Source: an uncultured archaeon
GTDB lineage: Archaea; Thermoplasmatota; Thermoplasmata; Thermoplasmatales; Thermoplasmataceae
Direction of reading: 5' to 3'
Assembly (NCBI GenBank): GCA_000965745.1
Contig: CP009479.1
Location: forward strand, 1,056,001 to 1,120,000
Length of the DNA stretch: 64,000 nt
Position numbers and translations under genes: made by a program. Positions 30,660 through 40,670 of this stretch are shown here, one piece after another. How positions within the stretch are numbered: the first letter of the stretch is position 1; the number at the start of each line of letters is the position of its first letter. The notes beneath the pieces were generated by a model. It was not told the DNA's origin. It searched no databases and saw nothing but the letters and a program-made list of their open reading frames with translations.

Positions 30660-31865
30660 TCATTCGCCAATAATTTCAGCTGCAGTTCTCAATACCTGAA
30701 GAGTCATTTCGGGTTTAGAAACATTATTGAGTTTCTCAACTGAATCTTCCTTTATGATTTCATAGTCATTGAACGTTTCCCCGAAGGGATCTCTCTTTGC
30801 AAAGCTGTTGGACACTATCATTTCAGGGCCAGATTTCTTGAATTTCTCGCGGATAAGTTCGAGGTCCTTTTCCTCCGTCAGGTTGAAGGGAATAAGGAGG
30901 CCTTTGTGTTTTTCCCTCACCCTGTCGATAATCTTTCCTCTGGGTTCCAGCTTAATCTGATGTGATGATGAGCTTGATATCTTTTCCTTAAATTCCCCGC
31001 TGATCCTGAAATCAGATATTGCTGCCGGTGACAGGACAATATCATAGCCTCTTTCTACCTCTTTCAGGGCTTCCGCCTCGATCTCAGAACTGGTCTCCGC
31101 CTCTATGTAGTTAGTGTAGGACGGAAGATCCTCTGTGCAGTTCCCGACATATGTTATCCGCGAAGCACCGAGCCTGAACGCCGACCTTGCAAACCAGTAT
31201 GCAGTGAACCCTGTGCCATGGTTGGAGAGTGACCTGACAGGGTCTATTGGCTCTTCCGTGTGGCCCCCAATAACTATCACCTTCTTCCCTGAAAGCGTAT
31301 GTGAATAGAATGCCCTGCATATGTGGTCAATAATTTCCGCGTTGGCTGAAAGCTTAGCCTTCTCCTCCGAGATTTCAGGAGGCACTATATCAACACCGAT
31401 TGATGTCAGGAAGTCAGCATTTCTCCTGTTTGAAGGATTCCTGTACATCCCTTCATGCATTGCTGGCGAAAGCACAACTTTGTTCCCGTTTCCCGCGGCA
31501 AAGGAATAGAAGGATGAGGGGACATCATCGGAAATGCCGTTTGCAATTTTTCCCAGAGTGTTGTGGGTGCAGGGCGTGATCGAAAGAACAGTATCACCAG
31601 GCTGGCCTTCGAAGAGGGTGATATGTTCAATTTCGCCTGTCAGCTCCGTGGTGACTTCGTTGCCGGATGCCCATCTCATGATTTTTGGAGAAATGAGGCT
31701 GGCAGCTTCTTCACTCATTCCAACAAACACTTGCGCACCTTCTCTTCTCAAGTCCCTTATCAGATCAGGCACTCTGTAAAGCGAAATACTCGCCGTTACA
31801 GCCACCACCACTCTCTTTCCTTTCAGCATACCTGAAAATCTGTTTCTGTCTGCATTGTCAAGCAT
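30660..31865 (-). CDS. coaBC: Bifunctional PPC decarboxylase/PPC synthetase
   Basis: VTASISLY, PCTHNTLGKIANGISD, PAMHEGMY, TEEPIDPVRSLSN, AAISDF motifs. Confidence 0.93.
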   Translation of the reverse strand: MLDNADRNRFSGMLKGKRVVVAVTASISLYRVPDLIRDLRREGAQVFVGMSEEAASLISPKIMRWASGNEVTTELTGEIEHITLFEGQPGDTVLSITPCTHNTLGKIANGISDDVPSSFYSFAAGNGNKVVLSPAMHEGMYRNPSNRRNADFLTSIGVDIVPPEISEEKAKLSANAEIIDHICRAFYSHTLSGKKVIVIGGHTEEPIDPVRSLSNHGTGFTAYWFARSAFRLGASRITYVGNCTEDLPSYTNYIEAETSSEIEAEALKEVERGYDIVLSPAAISDFRISGEFKEKISSSSSHQIKLEPRGKIIDRVREKHKGLLIPFNLTEEKDLELIREKFKKSGPEMIVSNSFAKRDPFGETFNDYEIIKEDSVEKLNNVSKPEMTLQVLRTAAEIIGE

Positions 31866-31886
31866 ATATGCAATCTCCTGCCTATT

Positions 31887-32285
31887 CTATCTGAACAGAT
31901 AATATGTCCCATATGATTCAGCACATAGCACTCCCTTCCCATCCCTTACCTCCACATGGCAATAGGCAAGCGTCTTCCCTCCTTTTCTGAGTGTTGCCCT
32001 GAAATTTGCCGGGCCTTCTTTTATGGGAATATAGAAACTTGTGCTGAGACTGGAACTCACCTCATTTACGACGTCCTCGATGGTCATTGCACAAAACGCT
32101 GCAGCAGCATCTGAAAATGCCATTATGGCTGCTCCGCTCATGATGCCGCCCAGTCTCTCCACGTTTTCCCACATGGGAACACTGATCTCGACGTCACCCT
32201 GCTCTAGCCTTATTATCTCAACAGTGTGGTTCCTGAAGAAGCCATCCGTTTCCAGGATTTGCCTGGCAAGGTTCACGTCTATCAT
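31887..32285 (-). CDS. PaaI-family thioesterase
   Basis: GIMSGAAIMAFSDAAA hotdog helix; GKTLAYCHVEV. Confidence 0.85.
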   Translation of the reverse strand: MIDVNLARQILETDGFFRNHTVEIIRLEQGDVEISVPMWENVERLGGIMSGAAIMAFSDAAAAFCAMTIEDVVNEVSSSLSTSFYIPIKEGPANFRATLRKGGKTLAYCHVEVRDGKGVLCAESYGTYYLFR

Positions 32286-32505
32286 CAGTAATTTTATATG
32301 CTCTCTGTATTTATTTTCTTGCGATCAGGTCTCGAATCGATAACTCGTGCAAACTGAGTTAACTTTTAGATAATTTCTAGCTATTTTGTTCAGATTCGTG
32401 TAAAAGATTCACTAGAATTTGTCACTTTGAGTTGACCTTCGTATCCCGTCTAGATGGTGGTCAGTGAAAAGAAAAAGAATTTAAACAACTTGTTTATATG
32501 TAGCT

Positions 32506-33201
32506 ATGGATGCGAATCCTGAGCAATTGGAGAGAATTCATGGGATGCTGAAATTACTTGGTCTTTCATCATACGAAGCACAGGGGTTTGCAGCTTTGGT
32601 CTATTACGGTGTGGCAAGCGCAGATACTATAGCAGACGCGGCTAAAATCCCAAGAACATCTGCATACAAGGTGATGGAATCTCTAGTGCAGAAGGGATTC
32701 GCCAAGGAAACTCAGGGACGGCCCAGAATGTTCAAGCCTGAGGACATGAACCAGATCAGGAATGATATGGAGGAGAAGTTCCAGACATTGTTCCGGGACC
32801 TGAAGGAGCTGCAGGACCTCCTTCCGTCCAAGGGCGAGCCGCAGCTTGTCTACACAATCTATGGAAGCCAGAAGGTCATGGAAAAAATTGAGGAGATGCT
32901 GAACCTTACAGAGAATGATATATACATCTGCACCCCAAAGGTCAGGGAAATCAGGACAGCCCTGAAAAAGAGCATAGACAACGCAATAAAACGTGGGGTA
33001 AAGGTGGTCTTTGTGACGCCGCCAAACAAGCGGGTCCCTCCAAACACTGAAGTTTACAGAAAGGAAGGCCTCACGGTTACAGATGTAGTGAGCGACCAGA
33101 CGCGTGCCATGCTTGCAGGACCTGAAATGGATGCTTGCGGATATACAGACAATCCGGCACTTGCGATGCAGGTATTCTTATTCATCAGTACCATGATATG
33201 A
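32506..33201 (+). CDS. TrmB-family transcriptional regulator
   Basis: LGLSSYEAQ...IPRTSAYKVMESLVQKGF...GRP winged HTH followed by an effector domain. Confidence 0.9.
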   Translation: MDANPEQLERIHGMLKLLGLSSYEAQGFAALVYYGVASADTIADAAKIPRTSAYKVMESLVQKGFAKETQGRPRMFKPEDMNQIRNDMEEKFQTLFRDLKELQDLLPSKGEPQLVYTIYGSQKVMEKIEEMLNLTENDIYICTPKVREIRTALKKSIDNAIKRGVKVVFVTPPNKRVPPNTEVYRKEGLTVTDVVSDQTRAMLAGPEMDACGYTDNPALAMQVFLFISTMI

Positions 33202-33270
33202 AAATCAGCACAAGATCGGACTCAGTAATTATGTGCCGGTTCAGACATTTCATTTATTAACCAAATAGCA

Positions 33271-34143
33271 ATGAAAAGCGCGATGTCATTAAGCAGCACC
33301 ATCACGATCGGAGGGCACGTATCCGCCGCAGGAGGCCCTTCAAATGCTCCTGGTAGAGCAAGCGTGTTTTCGTTCAACACATTCCAGATTTTCTCAAAGA
33401 ACCAGATGCAGTGGAAAAGCAAACCTCTGCCTGAGGAAGAGATAAAGAGGTTCGCTGATGAAGTTAAATCACATTCCATGAGAAACACCATGGTTCACGC
33501 CTCTTATCTTCTAAATCTGGGGACTTCGGACCCCTCGCTGAAGGAAAAGGCGCTGAACGGAATGAAGGTCGAACTGGAGAGAATTGAACTTCTTGGGATG
33601 GACCTGCTCACTTTTCACCCGGGCTCAAGCAAGGGTATTACAGAAAAGGAATCTCTCAAAAACATAGCAGAGGCACTCAATCAAGTTCTCTTCAAAGAGC
33701 AGAAATCAAAAATCCTCCTTGAAACTGCCGCTGGACAGGGCTCGAACGTAGGCTACAACTTCGAGCAGCTTGCAGAAATAATAGATCAGATCAGCCTCAA
33801 GGACAAAGTTGGGATTTGTTTTGATACCTGCCATGTCTGGGCATCCGGTTACGATATCAAATCGCCGGAAGGCTACGCTGAAACAATGGACTCATTCGAT
33901 TCAACCTTAGGACTCGACAGGCTGAATGGATTCCATCTCAACGATTCTAAGAAAGGAACTGGAAGCAGGGTTGACAGGCATGAACAAATCGGCCAGGGAA
34001 CACTCGGTATGGACGGGATATCAAATTTTGTGAACGACAGGAGGTTCAGGAACGTTCCCATGATTCTTGAAACTCCCAGGGGCGAAGAAGGCTATGACGA
34101 GGACCTCAAGGTCATACGTGGTGTGTTTCAAGAGGAAAGGTAG
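33271..34143 (+). CDS. nfo: Endonuclease IV
   Basis: GGHVSAAGG, HASYLLNL, FHPG, LETAAGQG, DTCH, HLNDSK, DRHE, ETP motifs. Confidence 0.96.
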   Translation: MKSAMSLSSTITIGGHVSAAGGPSNAPGRASVFSFNTFQIFSKNQMQWKSKPLPEEEIKRFADEVKSHSMRNTMVHASYLLNLGTSDPSLKEKALNGMKVELERIELLGMDLLTFHPGSSKGITEKESLKNIAEALNQVLFKEQKSKILLETAAGQGSNVGYNFEQLAEIIDQISLKDKVGICFDTCHVWASGYDIKSPEGYAETMDSFDSTLGLDRLNGFHLNDSKKGTGSRVDRHEQIGQGTLGMDGISNFVNDRRFRNVPMILETPRGEEGYDEDLKVIRGVFQEER

Positions 34144-34145
34144 AG

Positions 34146-35345
34146 TTGAACATACGCCCCTTCAGACCGTGCATTTACAGTGAAAATCTAAAGGATGTAA
34201 CCGCACCTCCATTTGATGGCATTACTCCCAATCAGGAATCTGAACTGAAAAAACATCCTTACAACATTACACACCTGACGTTACCCCGCGGCGCGGACGG
34301 AGTAGAGAATGCCAGGAAGAAAATCCTGCAGTGGATACAGGAAGGAATAATCGTGGAGATGGACAGGGATACTCTATTCATACTTGTCCAGGAATTCAGG
34401 CTAAACTCTGAGAATATTGAACGAATCGGTGTTATAGGGGTGACCGATGTTTATCCCGATAATGGAATGGTCAAGCCGCATGAAAACACTTTTCCAGGAC
34501 CGGTAAGGGAGAGGGCAGCATTAATGAAGGGTCTGGAGGCACAACTTGAGCCGCTGTTCCTCACCATACTGAACAATAATTTCGAAAGAGTGTTAAGACG
34601 CATTATTTCGGGGAAGAGGCCCGACAGGGTTTTTGAAGAGCCATACGGGGTAACGAATTCTCTTTATTTTGTGTCTGAAATGGAAAAAATCGAGAAGATT
34701 TCAGATGCCATATCCCGGGACAATGCCATAGTCGCTGACGGTCATCACAGGCTGAAGGCGGCCCAGACGATCGCTGAATCTGCCGAAGCGGAAGAAGGGA
34801 ATTTCTGGAGCGAGAGTATGGTGTATGTTTCCTCAATCTATGACAGGGGGCTGCTCATATCCGGTGTGCACAGGATTGTGAATGACAGTTTTTCTTTCAG
34901 GCAGAATCTGGACAGGATTGCTTCATATTTCCAGATAAGGGAGCGCGAAACACTTGATACAATTGACAATCTGGTCATTTACGACGGAACATTCAAGTAC
35001 CTTATACCAAGACAGGGGGCACTTGAATCCCTTTTCGGTAAAGAATACTCTTCAGAGGATATAGTGGGGTCAAAGGTAATCAACGAGATACTCTTCAAGA
35101 AGGTGTTGGGAATGGAGGCAAAGGATCTAGAGTCTTCTGTTCAATACACACACGACCTTTCTCTTGCGGTTGGTTACGTAGACAGTGGAAAAGCTAATTT
35201 CGCAGTGATCATGCCTGCATGGAACAAGGACGCGTTCATCAAACAGTCAATGAGCGGACATGTGCTGCCTCAGAAATCAACATATTTTTACCCGAAAATT
35301 CCATCCGGGATAGCCATAAGGAAACTGGACAGGAAAAGTTGTTGA
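34146..35345 (+). CDS. DUF1015 family protein
   Basis: APPFD, PHENT, IVADGHHR, LPQKSTYFYPK motifs. Confidence 0.9.
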   Translation: MNIRPFRPCIYSENLKDVTAPPFDGITPNQESELKKHPYNITHLTLPRGADGVENARKKILQWIQEGIIVEMDRDTLFILVQEFRLNSENIERIGVIGVTDVYPDNGMVKPHENTFPGPVRERAALMKGLEAQLEPLFLTILNNNFERVLRRIISGKRPDRVFEEPYGVTNSLYFVSEMEKIEKISDAISRDNAIVADGHHRLKAAQTIAESAEAEEGNFWSESMVYVSSIYDRGLLISGVHRIVNDSFSFRQNLDRIASYFQIRERETLDTIDNLVIYDGTFKYLIPRQGALESLFGKEYSSEDIVGSKVINEILFKKVLGMEAKDLESSVQYTHDLSLAVGYVDSGKANFAVIMPAWNKDAFIKQSMSGHVLPQKSTYFYPKIPSGIAIRKLDRKSC

Positions 35346-35349
35346 AATT

Positions 35350-35422
35350 GCCACTGTGGCTTAGCTGGTAGAGCAGCTGATTCGTAATCAGCAGGTCGGG
35401 GGTTCAAATCCCTCCAGTGGCT
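35350..35422 (+). tRNA. tRNA-Thr(CGT)
   Basis: GCCACTG/CAGTGGC acceptor stem, GCTGA-TT-CGT-AA-TCAGC anticodon arm, GGGGG-TTCAAAT-CCCTC T arm. Confidence 0.97.
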
Positions 35423-35832
35423 TATATTACAGAATAAGTGGGTTTCTAACAGAATTAATTCGGTTACTTTTGAAGCACTTTCAGATTTCACTTTCCTGTA
35501 AGTAAAAACGAGTGATACCATGCATTTCTTTGCTATTTTCAGGTAAATTTCATGATACCACCACTATGATTTTTCTTTACCTAATTCTACTGAATCTTAC
35601 CTAAAGCAGTTCAAACAAGACTTGATGAAATACGGGGCATTAAGAGGACAACCAAATTATTACATGTCAACAAATTATATATATAGGTGACGTCAAAGAA
35701 ATAATCATTGAACATCTTTGTTTAAACCAGAAAAATCACAGTAGCTTGCTTGCAGGTGAAGGGATATAGATTGTCAAAATTAAATTTACCCCTCATGGGT
35801 AATTATGTATATATCTATTGATTGAACTAAGT

Positions 35833-37623
35833 ATGAACAGGACATCCAAAATAGTTGTTGCCATAATGGGTGTGGTCTTGTTAATTACGCCATTAAGTTA
35901 TTTTGAATATGCAAATAGACAATCCACTGAACCCGCACCAGTCTCACTTGTCCTGGGTCCTGAACTGAAAATAAGTTCCAACTCTCCTTTGACCAACAAT
36001 ACGACCATAACGCTTCAAGTCACAGCGATTGACCCCGGTGTGCTGGAGCACAAAGGGTATTTTATGCACACCTACCCTTCTGCTGAAAATGCCAGTGTGC
36101 TTCTTCTGAACACCACACTCATCAACCAAACCTCCTCCTTATTCCTCCCAGCTGAATTCTACCACATTGTGAAGCAGTGGAAGGCACTTTATGCCGGACA
36201 GCCACACGTCAATTTGCCATCACTGCAGATCAACGCTTTCAAGACTGTCAATGACAACGGTGTGCTGAGAGTATACAGCTATTACAACAATATCCCTTAC
36301 AATCCTTACAATATGGCGGAAAAACAGACCAGCAATCTAACAGTCATGAGGGGTCTGACCAATGGTACCGATGTCAATGTCACAGGTGTCAATAATGTGA
36401 CATTCTCGAACCTGAACCTTTCCACCGGCATATACTTCTCCGACAGGCCTGTTCAGGAAATGGCTGTGCAATCCCCTAAATATGATCTTCAGGCTTTGCC
36501 AGAATCTTACACTTATTACTATTACAACACCACATCCTACAAGACGTACGATTCCACACAATATGTGAATACAATATATAGCTCCCTTCCCTTAATGGCG
36601 GTACACATGTCAAATGCTGTGGCCAACGGAAAGTCACAGATAGCCTTCGGAGCATTCATCGCGTTTCAGAGTGACTCGGTAAACATGAATTCCGTGAACG
36701 CATATAATGCAACAAGCGGTCAAATTTCTACAAAAATGAGCACTTCACCATCGTACGTCCACGAGGCTAACCTTAGCGAAACATCGTATTCATCTGAGTA
36801 CAACGCAATTCCATTAAATCTTTTTTCAGGTCAGGAAAACCTCATCCTTAGAGAAAATCAGACCACTTCATATGTGGGAATCGGCAATGTCACATACACC
36901 TTCACTCATTATAATCAGTATACAGACAAGTACCAGAACGAGTACGAAAGAATCTGCCAGATCTATCCTGACGGTACTCAGAACTGCCATACAGTGTTCA
37001 TCAAGTCAACATTAGTTTCAAGGACATATGATGGAAACGGCACTATAGGCGCTATGAGTGCTGTGAACACTACTAACGGCCAACTGGTTATGTCAGCCGG
37101 ATTTTTGCCAATGTATGCAGGCAACGTACTTCAGAAGCTCATAGGCACCAGCAACGGAACAGTTTATCTCTCAACATCCACGCCGGGGAATGTAGTACAG
37201 GCATCAACTGTCTGGGCAGATACATATGGATACACCAATGCCAAAAATATCATAGGCACTGCATCAGATGCGCTGGATACCTTTTCAAGTGCGATCAGCC
37301 TCGGATTGGCCATAGCCGATATGCTATCAGCAGAAGGGATCATAGGGGAACCGGGAGAGATTGCGGACACCATAGGGCTCATTGGAGATACACTGGGAAT
37401 GACAGGTACAATTCTGGGTTTGTTCTCAAGCATAAGTTTCATAAGTGGGTCAAACTCAGCCACAATGTCATACAGTGCTACTGACTCTATTGAAATCGAG
37501 CCAGGTTCAAACTACACTGCCACATTTTACGAGAGCTACTCTCCTGTGACGTTCAATGAGAACGGCAACACATATTCATTCTACGCACCATTGAATTACC
37601 TCAACGTCACAGGGATGTCTTAA
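35833..37623 (+). CDS. Large hypothetical secreted or membrane-anchored protein
   Basis: N-terminal anchor IVVAIMGVVLLITPL; N/T/S/Y-rich with many sequons; T-rich tract after the stop. Confidence 0.8.
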   Translation: MNRTSKIVVAIMGVVLLITPLSYFEYANRQSTEPAPVSLVLGPELKISSNSPLTNNTTITLQVTAIDPGVLEHKGYFMHTYPSAENASVLLLNTTLINQTSSLFLPAEFYHIVKQWKALYAGQPHVNLPSLQINAFKTVNDNGVLRVYSYYNNIPYNPYNMAEKQTSNLTVMRGLTNGTDVNVTGVNNVTFSNLNLSTGIYFSDRPVQEMAVQSPKYDLQALPESYTYYYYNTTSYKTYDSTQYVNTIYSSLPLMAVHMSNAVANGKSQIAFGAFIAFQSDSVNMNSVNAYNATSGQISTKMSTSPSYVHEANLSETSYSSEYNAIPLNLFSGQENLILRENQTTSYVGIGNVTYTFTHYNQYTDKYQNEYERICQIYPDGTQNCHTVFIKSTLVSRTYDGNGTIGAMSAVNTTNGQLVMSAGFLPMYAGNVLQKLIGTSNGTVYLSTSTPGNVVQASTVWADTYGYTNAKNIIGTASDALDTFSSAISLGLAIADMLSAEGIIGEPGEIADTIGLIGDTLGMTGTILGLFSSISFISGSNSATMSYSATDSIEIEPGSNYTATFYESYSPVTFNENGNTYSFYAPLNYLNVTGMS

Positions 37624-37900
37624 TTACATTTTGGATACACAATTTTTCATTTTTTAAAGATTTTGAATGTTTCGCCACATTATTTGTTATGACCCTTTTC
37701 TTTGGACTTGTCCTTGAGTTCTTCTTCAAGTTATAGTCTCACAATTGAAACATAAGATCCTTGCAGGAATAATGTCTTATGGATTTCACAGAAGTATGGT
37801 CGTACGGTCATGATTAAATGAGCGCTCTATTTAAATTCACATCTGGAAAGTGATTATTTTTAACCAATCGTTTTTCTTGGTCTAGACAAGAACTTAAGCG

Positions 37901-37945
37901 TGATTCGTAATCAGCAGGTCGGGGGTTCAAATCCCTCCAGTGGCT
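37901..37945 (+). repeat. att-like direct repeat 1: perfect copy of the tRNA-Thr 3' 45 nt
   Basis: Identical to 35378-35422. Confidence 0.95.
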
Positions 37946-38008
37946 CCCTATATGGTTGTAATCAGCAGGTCGGGGGTTCAAATCCCTCCAGTGGCTCCCT
38001 ATATGGTT
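37907..38008 (+). repeat. Perfect 2 x 51-bp tandem repeat containing a second tRNA-Thr 3' copy (37958-37996)
   Basis: Unit GTAATCAGCAGGTCGGGGGTTCAAATCCCTCCAGTGGCTCCCTATATGGTT at 37907 and 37958. Confidence 0.95.
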
Positions 38009-38340
38009 GATATGCTAACTCTGGGTCCATCACAGGCCAATGAGAAGAAGATTGCAATATCTTTTGAAGGCTCAAGCAGGTATCCGGTATTGTTCCACTC
38101 CACAATTCGCATTATTTCCATTCCTGCAACCCGTTCTTCAGGCTTGGGATCATATTGGACGTGGGCAACCAGAAATATGGCCTCATTGTTATCTATTAAG
38201 TCTTTATATGACAAAGAAGATTCCCAGTACTGGTGAACTATGTCCTCAGCCTAATTCAGATCACGTGCAGTTGCTGGCATCACCATTACATTCAATTTTT
38301 CCTCTCTACCATTGTAGGGTATGGTAATTAACCTATCATT
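37999..38340 (-). pseudogene. Probable degraded hypothetical gene
   Basis: One frame IPYNGREEKLNVMVMPATARDLN*AEDIVHQYWESS...VSISTI broken by a single TAG and ending at the att repeat. Confidence 0.3.
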
Positions 38341-38399
38341 CCCTCTGTTGGAGATGGAAGCTTTAGACCGAACTGCCTCAATCGGAAAATCCGGCCTTC

Positions 38400-38765
38400 C
38401 TAAGATCCCTTTTCAGAGAGATTGATCTGCTTGAGGCCAATCTTTCTGTATACCTTGTCAGAACTGATTATCTTCTCGTTAGCGTGGATAGCATGGAAGG
38501 AGTCGAAAACTCCCACTCCCTGTTCTATCAGTTCGGCAGCAGCCTGATACATTCCGTTTTCCTCATTACATATCGCCATCACATCGATTGCTAATCTGAC
38601 AGGATCAAGATCATACCGCTTAGCCAGAAGCATCAATTCTATGTATGTTACCTCGGAAGTTGAAATGTCACCATCCTCTTCTTCCATCATTTTCCTTGCA
38701 TTCTCCTTCAACCAGTCTGATGGTTTTAACAACGCAAGAAAGAAATCAGTATCAGCGTACGTCAT
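38400..38765 (-). CDS. vapC: VapC-like PIN-domain toxin
   Basis: YADTDFFLAL, SEVTYIEL, FDSFHA and IISSDK acidic PIN residues. Confidence 0.9.
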   Translation of the reverse strand: MTYADTDFFLALLKPSDWLKENARKMMEEEDGDISTSEVTYIELMLLAKRYDLDPVRLAIDVMAICNEENGMYQAAAELIEQGVGVFDSFHAIHANEKIISSDKVYRKIGLKQINLSEKGS

Positions 38766-38988
38766 TGTAAGTTTCTTCGAGAATCTCTTTTCTCAATTCC
38801 TTTAGTGTTTTTTCCGGGATATTCTTGCCAATTTCTTCTAGGTCCTTAATTGGGTCTTCCGGCACGCTTGTCAATATGATTTTATCACCCACCCTTTTAA
38901 TGGTAAATCTGGGCCCCAGATCATCCTTGAGTGACGTTGGAATGTGGATTCTACCATTCTTGTCCATTTTGACAATTATTTTGGGCAT
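38752..38988 (-). CDS. vapB: AbrB/MazE-type antitoxin
   Basis: VKMDKNGRIHIPTSLK AbrB motif; overlaps the PIN gene. Confidence 0.88.
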   Translation of the reverse strand: MPKIIVKMDKNGRIHIPTSLKDDLGPRFTIKRVGDKIILTSVPEDPIKDLEEIGKNIPEKTLKELRKEILEETYNDVR

Positions 38989-39407
38989 TATGTGCACCAC
39001 TGTAATGTATATTTAATAATTCCCATTTTACACAAATAATGGTATTAACCACGATCATTTCCAAAAACAGATAGTAAGAAAGGACTGTGATTTAAATTGG
39101 TGGTTCCATACCTTCTGGCAGAGACCCTCTAGTGGCTCTTTATCGGGATATCGGGTCTTTCGTGTATTCTTCCTACTTAAGTTTGAACCATTATCTAATT
39201 CCTGTAAGTTTGTAAATTCAAGAATTATATATTTTCCTCTATTGGTGGGCCTTTCTGACAAATGCCAATCCGGCGGTTTTACCTTTACTAATTTGAAAAT
39301 GATTTTATGTTGAATTAACCAAATAATTCTTGTTTTCCGAATGTTGGGGATTGAATTTTTTCAATTTGCAATGATTATAAGTTTTACCAAAACATTTATC
39401 AGTTTTT

Positions 39408-39986
39408 ATGCTCATCGCATTAACGGTGAATAATCAACGCAGTTCAGGAATCCTGATATTTATCGGGATCTTCATTTTTTCTATGGCCTTACTTATTGGC
39501 GAGGCATTGAGACCTGCCTACTCTCTCAACATGTATTCCATAAGCAGTCTAGGCATAGGTACACATGGAGAAATTTTTTATTACTCCATTCTGTTAATGG
39601 GGGCCTTAATTGTAATTGCAGGAATCATTTTGTTGTCAGGAGAGAAAAAAGAAGCGTGGCATTTCACTCTCATACTTGTTGGAATCGGTTCATTTGGGGT
39701 AGGAATATTTCCCTATATCGTCAATTACCCTCCATTGCATTCTGACTTTGCCTTCTTCGCATTCATATTCGGCGGCATTACTGCCTTGCTCTTTGCGACA
39801 CACAAGGGTACGCCATTCAGGATATTCTCTCCCATTGTAGGTATCACAGTTCTGGCCTCCATCTTTCTATATGCAAGTGGAAAGCTCTATGGGCTTGGCC
39901 CTGGGGGAATGGAGCGCATGATCGTATACCCGACTCTCTTCTGGGCACTTGCATTGTCCGGGCATCTCATGAACCAGAAGGAGTGA
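39408..39986 (+). CDS. DUF998-like membrane protein
   Basis: PAYS...ISSLG, GVGIFP...LH, GPGGMERMIVYP; about 6 TM helices. Confidence 0.8.
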   Translation: MLIALTVNNQRSSGILIFIGIFIFSMALLIGEALRPAYSLNMYSISSLGIGTHGEIFYYSILLMGALIVIAGIILLSGEKKEAWHFTLILVGIGSFGVGIFPYIVNYPPLHSDFAFFAFIFGGITALLFATHKGTPFRIFSPIVGITVLASIFLYASGKLYGLGPGGMERMIVYPTLFWALALSGHLMNQKE

Positions 39987-40391
39987 TGGCATGGCCGCTC
40001 CGAATATCAAACAATTCTCAATTGCTGACTTTCTTTTAATCCGGCGAACAAAATTTCGCACACCTGCTTCATAAGAACTTATCTTATCAATGGGGAGGCT
40101 GGCAAGATACCTGCGGTAAAAAGGAGCACATCATCGCGGAATATGAGGTGAGGACCATATCCAAGGACGGGTTGGCAGGGAGAAATAGAGGTTTCAAATG
40201 TGAGCACAACAAGAAGAATTTCTGGGAAACCAAGCTCCCCCATGGGCCTACACCCAACCGTATATACACAAAAAGAAGTTTACAAACACAATAATGAACA
40301 GTGTACTCTTCGCTTTCTAAATGGGTTTGAAGACTGAGTGAAACTCCACATTTCCGCATTAGCATTTTTTATCTATTGAAGCATCTGACTG

Positions 40392-40436
40392 TGACTCGTA
40401 ATCATCAGTTCGGGTGTTCAGATTCCTTCAGTAGCT
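40392..40436 (+). repeat. att-like direct repeat 3: decayed copy of the tRNA-Thr 3' 45 nt
   Basis: 37/45 ungapped identity to 35378-35422. Confidence 0.85.
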
Positions 40437-40670
40437 TCCAGTGACCATGAAAGTCTTCTGCGGAGTAACCAACTTGTAAGCATAACCTGACAAGCCGCTG
40501 GTGATATCATGAACATCACCTCGTCCAGTTTGCATGGTCATGGTCCCGTTCCCATTGCAATCAGATAATTGCTGAACTTCGTATTCTACAATCTTAATTG
40601 ATATACAAAGTGCATAAGGATTTCTAGAAAATGTAAAGTATCCCGAATCGCATATTTAGATCTATGAGTA

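Noticed and set aside
37901-38009. CRISPR mini-array
   Set aside because: The repeat is a tRNA 3' end, the 12-nt intervening sequences are identical, and there are no cas genes
39055-40365. Short ORFs 39055-39261 and 40087-40365
   Set aside because: No motifs and atypical composition; probably spurious or remnants
37901-40436. Additional or split tRNA-Thr genes
   Set aside because: The copies lack 5' halves and trans-splicing leaders, and an intact gene exists at 35350
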